A DNA stretch of 64,000 nt from Podarcis vaucheri (lineage: Eukaryota), in assembly GCA_965113315.1 (NCBI GenBank), contig OZ220377.1. One strand, 5' to 3'. A program made the translations under genes and the position numbers. The notes below the pieces were generated by a model. That model was not told the DNA's origin. It saw only the letters and a list, made by a program, of their open reading frames with translations, and ran no database searches. Each line of letters begins with the position of its first letter. Positions within the stretch are counted from its first letter, which is position 1. Positions 11,021 through 22,575 of this stretch are shown here, piece after piece.

Positions 11021-13389
11021 GCAGGGAAAAACGGGCCGTGGACGGCCTAAGGAGGAAGAGTTTCGCTGCTGAATAAACCTCCCCAGTACCGGCGTGTGCG
11101 TGTGTGTGTGTGTGTGTGTATGTGTGTTTGGTGCCTGAATTTTTGCTTCTAAACATAGCATTTTGCTTCTGACATAGCAAAGCTCGGCCGTCCTGCCGCT
11201 TTTCTGCAAAGATCTAAACGTGGAGCTGATTCCCCATCTGCAATGCAGAGCGGCAGGAAGAGCTCCTTCCTAACCCTTTCGATTTCCCAACAAAGAATTT
11301 CTCTTTCCTGAAAAACAAAGAAGACTTTTCTATTAAAATATGACAGATCCTCATTAAAAGGAATCGCGGTAATCAAAGGATCAGTAGTTAAAGTACCTAT
11401 CAAGGGCTTGACATTGAAAAGGTCAGACAGCCCGGGGCGGTGGCTGATTGGGGCGGGAAGAGAGATTTAAAAGGAAGAGATGTCTAAAGTAGTTAAGAGC
11501 TGGGAAGGCTAACTTACAGTCTCGCCTTTAACCATTGTATGAGTGATATTGCATTCACCAAGTCTATCCTTTTTAAAATCGGCATTTAGTCACATTCTTA
11601 ACAGCTGTCCCATCTGTCTATCTGTCCTTCTATTCATTACACACCCGCAGTGAGCTATTATTTTATATATTAAAAATACACATATTGTTTGCTGCAGTAG
11701 ACTTACATGGCAACTCCCCTGTTTCATTTCTGAAACCTATGAGGCTCTTCACATCTGAAGAAAGTGAGTTTCCACAGAACTAAGTGGGATTTACTTTACT
11801 GAAGACATTCATAAAATTGGGCTGCACAGCTCGCAATTTCTATGCAGCAGCAGGTGCTCATCCCACACTCCACTTATTTCACAACGGCCCCACTGAATCT
11901 AGTGGAACAACTCTAGAGTAAGTTGTTCATGAACTGGATCATTCCACACTTAATGGAATTGGTGTGGCATGGTGTTTTTAAAATAAAATAAAATAAGCAG
12001 TTTAAAAATTGTTTTTTTAAAAAAACGAATTGAATAAGTGAGTGAGAATTCATTTCTAAACCGAGGGAAGACTTCTCTGTGTGTATCCCATGGCAAATGA
12101 TGAAACACAGGCATGCCTGAAGGATTTTTCCTCAGAAGTAGGTCCCACTTCATGAAATGGAACTCCTTCCATGTAGGTGTGGAGCCTTATTCAGACTTGT
12201 TTTACAGCTCTTGCCTTTGCAGGGTTCAGAACATACATGCAGATTTCTAAGTAGGCACCTGCGAAATGATTCTAAGCTTGGCTAGTTTTAAGTCCTGTGT
12301 GCATGTGTTTGTGGGAGATAGATAGGTTATTCTTGCATTCTTGTTTGTGCAAGAGAGGTTATTCATGGTGCCACTATTACCCAAAGTTGGAATATCAACT
12401 TTGAAAGCCATCCGGAAGTCCACGCTGCTGCTGGCTCATTAATATGGTGTTGTCATAGAACTGCAGCACTGCAGTCAGCGGAGAAAGGAGACTGAAGCAG
12501 GGTTCTCTGGGACGTTTGCAGAGTTGCATTTGCACAGACAGCTTGTTAGACTGACTCTTTTTAATATTCTTCCGACCATGTGTGACCCAAAGGTGCCATT
12601 TTTATCACAGCTTGCATCCTATGTATATTAAGACTGCAAACATGCTTGGGAACAAGCCCCATTGAAATAATGGGACTGACTCCTGAGTAGAGATGGGTAG
12701 GACTGTGCTGCTTGAATCGTCGTAATACTGAGATATTTCCCAAGATTCTCAAAATGCTGAAGGGTGAAGGCAATCTGCTTAGTTAGCCCTGGGAAGAGGC
12801 AGAAATCGATGTCTGAATGGCGCAGCAAAGCCTTTTAAAGTGCTAGTCCTAGTGGGGGATGGGGCAGGAAGACAGCATGTGGGCAGGATATAATTCTTTG
12901 GGTTGTACAAGAAGAAATTCAATTTACAGCAAAACCAATATTTACTTTTTGCAAGGCACACAGCACTAGGCATTGTGAACATTTGCAATCCTATTTCCAT
13001 TGAATGCAGGAGGACATCTGGGTAGGGGTGGGGTGGGGGAACAGGACAGCTGCAACCATCTGCACACTTATTTAGGGGAAAGCATTCCTGAAGTCAGTAG
13101 CCTTCCTTCTAAATAAGCATGCTTGGGAGCATGGTGGTGGGAGGGGCTATAAGAATGTCAAACCATTTAAGGGAATGAAGGGACATAATGTGGCTTCTGC
13201 GTGGAATTTACTTGGAAGTAAGTGACAAGGATTTCAGTGTAACTTCTGATGATGTGTTCTTGATCATGGTAGGCTAAACTGGCATGAATCCAAATAGTTC
13301 ATATTAGCTAGACTGTGAATGAGGCTCTTAAGTTTCTGCAAAGGCAAAATAAAAATAGAGCAAAGGGAGGAAATATGTGCCAAGCTGGC

Positions 13390-13535
13390 NNNNNNNNNNN
13401 NNNNNNNNNNNNNNNNNNNNNNNNNNNNNNNNNNNNNNNNNNNNNNNNNNNNNNNNNNNNNNNNNNNNNNNNNNNNNNNNNNNNNNNNNNNNNNNNNNNN
13501 NNNNNNNNNNNNNNNNNNNNNNNNNNNNNNNNNNN
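13390..13535. other. Assembly gap (146 N)
   Basis: Run of N; the right edge abuts a repeat fragment. Confidence 1.
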
Positions 13536-13651
13536 CTAGAAAAAGAGGTGCCGCCAGAACTCACCATGAAGGCCTCCCTTGTTCTCTAATATGTAATGGC
13601 ACCCACCTGCTGGAACTGAGTTACGGTGAGTTCCATCTTTTAAAAAGCCCC
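13536..13651. mobile_element. Fragment of a short non-autonomous DNA transposon (MITE-like)
   Basis: ctagaaaaagaggtgcc...gaactcacc...ggtgagttcc...aaaaagccc resembles an abundant lacertid MITE as recalled; contains the internal inverted repeat gaactcacc/ggtgagttc. Confidence 0.5.
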
Positions 13652-16600
13652 ATATATATCCAATATATCAAACAATTGACTGATAGGTTACAATTTGAAA
13701 ATAAAATAAAAATCTTATACTTTGTTAAGGAGGTTGGTTGTATCCCAGACTTGTCTTACACTGAAGTTAATGGGCATAAGTTACTTAGGTTCATGGTTTT
13801 CAATGGTTCTTCTCTGAGTAGGACTTAGTTGGCTACAATCCAATGCTATGATGCAAGATGACACTGCAAAAAAGTACCTAAGCTGTAGCTTGATTTCACA
13901 ACCAACTATTCCTTCCTTCCTTCCTCCTGATGTATGGATTACTTGTAAGTCCATCTAACACAATGAATGCTTACTCAGCTTGGCATATTTATTGAATTTT
14001 TTAAATTCTGAAAACTCTGCTTGTCTAATAATTTCAGTGCAGTTATTTTCATAGCCCATACAATTCTTCTGATAATGTCATTATTTGAAAGGATCTGTGG
14101 CTGCTATTTCCAACCCACATTCTTCAGAGTGGTGTCATTAAAGGCAATAAGGTTGCTTCAGATTAAGTGAATTATAGCATACTGGAGAAATGAGTGTATA
14201 TTTATGCAAAAAATTCTATATCTATTTCAGATATTTTTAAATGCAAGATTTTCATTTCCAATGATTTATTTCTCTTATACCATGAACTCCAGACCGTAAA
14301 TGGGTGGCTGGACAATATTACTTTCCAAATATTTTTATGAAGGTGATATGAAGGTTAAATAAATTGGTGGGCTGCTTGCAAAAACTTTTAAAGAAGCCAG
14401 TTCAGCTGCAACATCAGTGGCTGCAATTCTGCATTCAATTTGACCACATATACCCAACTAACTGCATGTGGGATTGCAGCAAGTATATCTTGCAGTTCTG
14501 GCACAACTTCTACTTAAGGCAAAATACACATATTTGGAAGATGACTGTTATTTTATTGGAACTGCTTATCATGTCTTATAGCCTTCATAGGTTTTTAACC
14601 CTAAAGCTTATTTTTAAGAAGATCCCCTTCCCATCAAAAAACACAATTCCAAGCAGAAGAACCCCTTACATTCCAAAGCTCCCATCATTCCTGACAAAGC
14701 TGGATGGGCTGATGGGAGCTGGAGTCAAGCAGCAGAGTCTAGGAGTTCAGGTCTACAGATCCCCCACCCCATTCCCACCTCTCTAAAATAAAGGTTTGCT
14801 TTGAAAAAGGTCAGCTAGGCAGAGAAAATGGGTTGCATAATTTTCATTCTGCTTCACCAACAAAACTTCTTAATGAGGAGGCAGTAGAAAACCAATGCCA
14901 TTTTTGTTGGCACTTTCTTGTTTAAGCTGAGCAAGAGGAAGGAAGAGAACATTATGCAGAGAAGTAACCTATGCTTTGCATACAGAAGTTCCCAAGTAAA
15001 TCCCAAGCATCTGCAGTCAAAAGAACGCAGCAGCAGGTGATGTGAAATATCTCTTCCGGAGAACTTGGAGAGTCGCTGCCAGTCAGAGCAGACAGTACTG
15101 ACCAAATGGACAAATAGTCTGACCCAAGGGCTGGGCTGGTATCAGTGGTGGACTTGGCTGGGTCTCTTCTGAGGGCCCACACACCAGTGGGGTGGGGGGG
15201 GAGAGACACTGAGAAGAGCCACTTGTGACCTGCTTGCTTCAACCACAAGCGCTTGTTGTGGCCACTACCGGTAAGCAAGCAGCTGGTAGCAACCATGATG
15301 AAGAGGAGGAGCAGGTGGTGGAAATGGTGATGAGAATATCTACCCTCGGCCAATCCCCCCACCTTCTTGCCTTCTTCCTTACAACCACTGCCTATCCGTC
15401 TTGTCCTTGTAGATCTCAGCAGGGAGGAAGGAGAGAAGACTAGAATTAGTTGGATCTGCCTGTCATTGGCTCTGGCTCTGCTTACTGTTGGTCCCTCAGC
15501 CTGTCCCACCAGTCCCAATATGCACCACCCACCACAGCTGTGCTCCTATCTGAATTCCCCACAATGCCCTGATGCAACACTAAATGAGGGGCATTGTGGA
15601 AATTTAAACCTAGCCACTCAGGGCAGGAGCTCCAGGGCAGGTGTGCTGGAGGCCTGGCAGCTGTCCAAGGATGCCACATGTCTGTTGAATGCATGTGATG
15701 GAGCCACCTTCCTGAAGCTAAGCCATTCTGGATCTGGTTGCTGCCTGGAGGGGAGACTGCCTGGCTCCAGGATTATTCTTATGGTTCCACAATAGCAGGG
15801 GTGGCCAACTCCCAAGAGACTACGATCTACTCACAGAGTTAAAGACTGGCAGTGATCTTCCTGCTGGATGTGCCTGCACAATAGGGTCTGCCTATCACTT
15901 GCAACTGCAATTTATTTTTGTGCTATTCTCTGGCTAGAATATGACAGTTTTACTGTCATTTGAAAACACCTGAAATTGTGCTTCTGCTGGTTTAGCTGCC
16001 TGCATGAGACAGGTGGTAAGAGAATATTAAAATTGGACAGTACCTTTGAGGTCGTCTAGTCCGACCCTTCACCCAGTGCTAGTACAACTACAGCATCCCT
16101 GATAAATCCCTGCCCATCCTCTGCTTAGGATACCTGCAGCAAAGGGGAGCCCACTGCTTTCTGAAGCAGTCTTTCCCAGTGTCAAACAGCTCTTACCAAC
16201 AAGATGCTTTCCTGAAAGTAGAGCTCTAATCTGTTCCCTTGCATTTTTTTACCCATTGCATCTAATCCTGCCTAGTCCCTGCCATCTTCGCTGTGCCAGC
16301 CCTTCAGCTATTTGAAGACATTTTGCAGGTGAATTGCCACTTCTTGACTGTTCTCACCCTCCCCAGTGCTATGCCATTGGACAAAGCCAATTTAATACTC
16401 TGGAATTTATTGCTGGAGCACCATAAGATCCTGTACTGGCACAACTCACTTCTTTGATGGGGCAGTGTTCTGCCAAAGGGCAGCTGTTCTTTATGTTTCA
16501 GCTTCCAGATAAGGTCCTGTTTCAAAGATCTTGTTCAGATGACAACACCTCACAAACGTTTCAAGGCTCTGATTCCAGTTTTCACAACAGGGAGGACTCT

Positions 16601-17791
16601 GGGAATGTTTATCCCTCCAGAAAAGTTACTCGATTCCAAGAGGATAATAACCACTGCAAGGGTCCAAAATCATAGGGACCCTCTAAATTATTTTTTTGCT
16701 ATGTGGTTTTTTGTAAGACTTGACGAAATGTGTCCTTTGCACATTTTGTCTATTTTGTTGTAAACTTCTTCACATTCTCAATACACTGTTGTGACAGTCA
16801 CGTGTCTTTCAGCACTTTCTTGTGGTTGCTCTATAGACCTGTTCCCTTGTATGTGATTTTTTATTTTTATGATATGGAGGTATTGAGCACACTTTTGGAT
16901 GAAGGCTGCAGGTGTTATTCATGTACAACACAGAATTTATTTGAAGGAGTGTTACTTTTAATGTAAATACGTTTATAGGGAATTTCCAATTAAGTCCACC
17001 TCTTGATGCTGATGAAGCGTATGTTGGTGTTGTTAATTTTGCTGTCTGATCTTTGACTGTAGCAAAGATTGACTGATATTCATGTACAGCAAGAATCAGT
17101 GTACAGCACACATAGCTAGTTTGTTTCTGAGCATAAAACATGGAATGAGTCTGGACAAAGCATATTAAAGCATAAGTTGCACAATAAGCCTAAAGACAGC
17201 CTAAGTACAGCCTAATTATCAGATATACCATTATCAGATATGCATATATACTAATGCAGCAATAAACATAAAGACTATGGTGCAGCAATAGTACTGCTAG
17301 CACATTTGCAAAGCTAAGCAGGTTCAGGTATGGTTTCAAATTGGATGGGGGACTGTGTGATGAAATTCTGGCATTTTAGGGAATTGGAGTAGATGACCCT
17401 AGGGATCCTTTCCAACTCTGCAGTTCTATGATTCTATGGTTCTAAGAGGGCAAAGCTAAGCACTCCAGCTGGAGTGCCATGGTCCCACCAGTGTGTCCAA
17501 TCCCAACTCATTGGATGTCAGCAAAGCTGGCCTTTAGGAAGTCCAGTTCCTAGAACTGCCTTCTACAAAGCATATCAAGGCACGAAACAGCACAAGAGAG
17601 CACAATCCTAAAGAGATCAGCATAGAAAAGCTTAAGAGCAAGGCCCTACTGCTTATGTCTCTTTCATCTCTTGGACAACAATGGACATGGCCCCTCAGTG
17701 CCTGGGCAAAGCATCACTGTCAGCTCTGGGTCTTGCCTCTAAGTTCCTCATCTCAGTTTCAGGGGGCTCCTGGAAAAGCAACACCCCTCAC

Positions 17792-18195
17792 CTGGGTTGC
17801 ACTATGCTTGGAAAACTTAGGAGGCAGCAGAGCGAGGGACTGAGGGACGGCGGCAACTGGGGCGGCGGCGGCTGTTGTGGTGGTGGCGGCGATAGCGGGC
17901 GGAGGAGGGGGCGGTGGCGGGGCTTGAGGAGCCGTCGCCGGGAGTTGCTGCTGCTGTTGTTGCTGCTGCTGCCCGGACATGCCGGCCTCCTCCTCCTCCG
18001 CTGTCTCGCGCTCCTCCCTTTTGCACGCGCTGCCCCACCGCTCGGCACCACCACCGCGGAGCCGCCCCCGGCTCGACGCGGATCCTCGCCGCCGCCGCCT
18101 CACACCGCCCGACTCGCCCGCCTCCCTCCCACGGCACACCAGCCAATGTCTCACGGCACAGTAGTGTGCCGCGGAACACCGGTTGGGAAACACTG
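17792..18195 (-). mobile_element. hAT (Charlie/SPIN-like) transposon end joined to a CpG-rich exon-like sequence
   Basis: The minus strand begins CAGTGTTTCCCAACCGGTGTTCCGCGGCACACTACTGTGCCGTGAGA, a hAT-style TIR with TGTGCCG subterminal repeats, followed by ~320 bp of GC-rich sequence. No second TIR or TSD found. Confidence 0.6.
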
Positions 18196-21100
18196 GACTA
18201 AAGGATTCTGCCCAAGGCCTGAAACCTCCAAAGTTGTGACATTTTGCCATGGGAAAGGCAAAACCTGGAAATGCAGGAAAATTCCTTTCCAGCCCTTCAA
18301 CAGCAACCCTGACATAGCAGCACCTGCGTACCTGTGGAGGGAGGGGAGGGTGGGAGAAGCTCTGGAGCCAACTGCCACTTCACAGGTAAGATTCATCTTC
18401 TGTTGTATGGGCAGGACAGTCCCTCCCCTTACCCCTGGCAACGCCTCCCCAGGCGGGATTGGGCGATTGGCAGAGGTAGGTGGTGACCTCCAGGTATCCA
18501 GCCTGGGGAGGTTGAAGCCAGCCCAAACTACCAGGGGCCACAATGGGATCCGGGAGGCTGCATGCCACCACGCAAAAGGCACCCCCATTGTGGACAATAC
18601 TGACCTGGATATATCAATGATTTTGCTCAGTATAAGGCAGCTTCCTGTGTTGCTAAGGGGGAGTGTCATGGGTCAAGGAAGCAGCCAGGGAGAGCCCTTT
18701 GGACTGGCTGATTCTGTGAAAAATTGTATTATGTCTTTATCCACCCCTCCTTGGGGAAATTGTGTAATTTCCAAGACAATTCAAGTGAAGCCTTGGAAAG
18801 CATGCCCATCTCTAACAAATATATAACATTGGGTGGGTAGGTGTGAAATTTTCTGAGCAAATCTGAATTTGCTTGGGAAACCCCCTTCTTTCCCCAAATT
18901 GGTCTCAACTCTAATTTCAGCACAGCCTTCTTCTTTTTTTGTACTCAACTTGCCAGATTTGACAGGAGGTGGCGACAGATAATTTAAGCAGCATATGCTA
19001 CTCAAGTGATCAATGAAACATTCAGTCCCAAACTTTTTTGTTTGCTTTGCTCTGCTATATTCATTATTCAGTAGGTAATGTGACCCCCACCCAGCCACCC
19101 ACAAATCTGTGTCTTCCTTGGAGCACTTGACTTTTCCTTTTATCGACTTGCCTTTGCCAGAGAGATAAAAACTGGAGTGCAGATCCCTGTAGAAAGATAG
19201 TGTTTCTGCAAGGAAGACACAGGGAAGAGGAAACATTTGCTGCTTCGAGTCTCATTTGTTATCTGGGTTAATTGCACTTCCCGGGGATGTGTCTAATTGA
19301 TTTGTGGAGAGAGGACTAACTGTCTGCCACTTGGCAATGATGCTGCAGAACTGAATCTCTCTTTCTGCTGGGGCAGAAAAGACAGAGCCCATCCACAGCC
19401 TGGAGATGAGAGGATTGCCAAGGGCTGAAGGGCTGGGGAAGGGCCATAGCTCAATGGCAGAACACCTGCCAGGCATGCAGAAGATCCCAGGTTCAACCCC
19501 CAGCATCTCCAAGCAGTGGCAGAGCAAGGTGGGGGCAGTGGGGGCAGTCTGCCCCGGGTGTCATCCTAAGGGGGGGAGTGACATTCGCCACAGGCTTGGG
19601 AAGTTGGGAGCACACTCCTGGCTGGAGGAGGCAGGCAGGCAGGTAGGGGAGAGGACGGGAAGGAGGCAGGTGAGGAAACAACGGAGGGGGCGGGAAGGGG
19701 AGAGGAAGGAAGCAGGATCAGTGGGTGTGCCTGGAAGACGAGCGCCTGCAGCTGGACTATCAAGTGGATTTAAAGGGTCACTTCAGGGGTGGTGCTGCAA
19801 ATACGGAAGGGATTTGGGCCAGTGCTTAAAAAGAGAAAGTGAGTTTCCCTCTGACAAACCCTTTCAGTCTCACCTCTGCAAAGCTCCACATGTTTCCGTC
19901 CAACCCTGTCCTCAGCCAACCCCCCCCCCACTTAGAAGCCACTTTTGGGTTATTGACTTCTGTGTGCTTGCAGTGTATCTGGGTCTCCCTTGTATCTATT
20001 AGGGACTATTCTCTTGCCTTTCCTTTGATATCTATGCTGCTGATTACTTCTGCCATTTTAATTTTAGAGAAAGTGTTTAATTTAAAAAGGATCTGTTCTA
20101 TAAAGTAACAGTGGTAACAAGACATTGAAGACAAGTAAATATTTTGGGGAGGGTGGTCCCAGAGCCCTAGTGCCCCCATCCCAAAGAGGATCAAATGGGC
20201 AGACTTTGGCACTCTTTCCCCCTCCCCTCCCCCAATGTCTTTCCCTCTATCTGATCTGGCTCCCTGCCTGTTATGTTACATGCGGGGAAACCCCTGTGGG
20301 GTTCCTCTCTGTGTAAAGTCTTCATGCTGTTCCTGCACACACCTGACAAATCTGTCCCATTGTCAAAAAGTATCTTTCCCCCCACCTCCAGTCTCCGTTG
20401 TTGGGTGTCCTGGCTGAGGGGGGAAACAGAAGACGGATGGCCATCGGTCAGGGATGGTCTAGTTGAGATTCCTGCATTACCCCAGGGGTTTGGCTAGATG
20501 ACCCTCAGGGGTCCCCTCCTCCTCTACAATTCTCTGGTGCAGGCTTGTGCAGAGGTTTAGGTACAAGTTGGATGCAAGGGGTGCAAACGATTGCAGCCCA
20601 TCTAATGCACCGTCGGCTCAGGAATGAGTCCCGCTGATCATGATGAGACTAGATTGCTGCTGTGCAGTCCTGCTTTTTAAATAAATGTTTTCCTTTTCAG
20701 ATAATACAGAGCACGGTGAAATCACAATAAATAAAACCTCCCCTTCAGTAGTTTCAAGCACTATTACAGGTTCCACATAATCTCTGTATTGCATTGTTTA
20801 CTGCGACAGCACCTGCACTTTGGAACTCCCCGCCTATTGCAACAAAGCACGTGCCTTTGCTAGAGGCTTTTTGGGCACCTGCTAAAAGCATTCTTCTTTC
20901 GGCAAGCATACCCAGACGCTTAGGAAGTTGAAGTAAATTTAATCTGTTTTAACATTTTAGCTTTTATATGTTTTAAATTAGGGTTGCTAATTTTTCTTGA
21001 TTTTACTGCTGTGGTGTTTTTTGGTTTTTTGTTTTGGTAAACCACTTTGAAGGTTTTAATAAACAATAAATATAAATAAAATAATACAAGCCAAAACACA

Positions 21101-21782
21101 ATCCAGCCTGTAGATTTAAGTATCTGTCCACAGTCATCTACTTGTTATCAGAGGCCCAGAATCCACATTCCTTTGTAAGAAAATAAGAAATAAAGTCAAA
21201 CCATTTTTGCAGGCAAAAAATAAAATTCAGTCTGTGTGTTTGTGTGACAAGAATTTTCCACGCTGGGTACCACTTGACCTTGCTACACCACTGGGTTGTC
21301 CCTCTAGTGGGGAACACATTGTGCTTCTTCTGGGGTATTTTGTCCACCTTTTGCCTCTCACCTGTGGCTCCTAGAAGCTGCCAGCATGTGACAGAGACCA
21401 CACCCCAGGAACGCTTTGACTGGCTGGCTAAACCAAACCCTGGGTCTCAAACCCTCCATTAGTTAGAGACTTCCCCTGCATCCGAAGATAGGCTCTGGCT
21501 GGCTGATTGAGCAGACGAGACCGAGAGTGGGTCCAACCATCAAAAAGGCGGTTTCTGCATGTGCTGTAGAGGGAAGTGAGGGGCAGGTGGGGCTCATCCA
21601 CCTAGGAAGATAGCCCATCTAAGAGAAGGAAAACTCTGATCCTAAACATCTCCTGCCTTAGTCTGCTTGGTGTTGCTGAAGTACAGCTCCCATCAGCCCC
21701 AGTATGTGCAGTGCCCAGTGATGATGGCGACTGAAAGTTCAGCAACATCTGGCAGCCCAAATGTTCCCGACACCAACACTAC

Positions 21783-22105
21783 TGTATACCTGAAGGAGCG
21801 TCTCCACCCCCATCGTTCAGCCCGGACACTGAGATCCAGCGCCGAGGGCCTTCTGGTGGTTCCCTCATTGCGAGAAGTGAGGCTACAGGGAACCAGACAG
21901 AGGGCCTTCTTGGTAGTGGCGCCCGCCCTGTGGAACGCCCTCCCATCAGATGTCAAAAAGATAAATAATTACCTGACATTCAGAAGACATCTTAAGGTTC
22001 AAGGAAGTTTTTAATATGTAACACTGTACTGTTTTTAACACTGATTGGGAGCCGCCCAGAGTGGCTGGGGAAACTCAGCCAGATGGGCGGGGTATAAATA
22101 AATTA

Positions 22106-22145
<40 letters not shown>
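21783..22145 (+). mobile_element. L2-type LINE 3' fragment with (TAT)n tail
   Basis: Encodes YLKERLHPH...TLRSSAEGLL...RAFLVVAPALWNALP, the L2 ORF2 C-terminus. Same family as 29379-29794. Confidence 0.8.
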
Positions 22146-22146
<1 letters not shown>

Positions 22147-22479
22147 ATTATTACTACTGAAACAAATGGGAGCACCCTGGGATCACTACTGCAGTGAGAC
22201 AATGGCCTCGTTTCCTTGTCCCTCTCTGCACTGCCTAACCCAAGCTTCTTGAGTTCTCTTGGTTCTATTCCCACTTCCTTGTGGAGGAAGAAAAGATGGC
22301 AGTTAACAATTAGAGACCACGGTTTACGTTTTGCTTTTATCGTGCCCTTCCTCCAAGGAGCTCACATTCTACCTCACCCCAGCAGCCTTGTGAAGTTAAG
22401 TCAGGCTGAGATATGTCTATGATCATCCACTGATGATCGATCCACTGTGATCTTCACATAGGGGAAATAATAACCTTTA

Positions 22480-22560
22480 CTTAGACTAGAAAGGGTTTCC
22501 AGACTTCCTTAAAATATTCTAAATTTGTATCTTTGAACAGTACCATCCATTTTGCCATCT
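22480..22560 (-). mobile_element. Older L1 ORF2 C-terminal remnant
   Basis: Translates EMAKWMVLFKDTNLEYFKEVWKPFLV*, homologous to ELAKMTQRIRNQKNTKLKEDWDKFMLY at the end of the adjacent L1 ORF2. Confidence 0.55.
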
Positions 22561-22575
22561 CTGCGATATGCCAAG

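Larger units (their letters stand above)
9020..11100. promoter_or_regulatory. CpG island over the NEFM promoter and exon 1
   Basis: Visibly high GC and CpG density against an AT-rich, CpG-poor background. Boundaries approximate. Confidence 0.75.

Noticed and set aside
13315-13828. ORFs spanning the N run
   Set aside because: Artefacts of the assembly gap.
17681-18826. 381-aa plus-strand ORF
   Set aside because: Crosses unrelated pieces (GC-rich insert, hAT end, SINE fragment) and has no recognisable domain.
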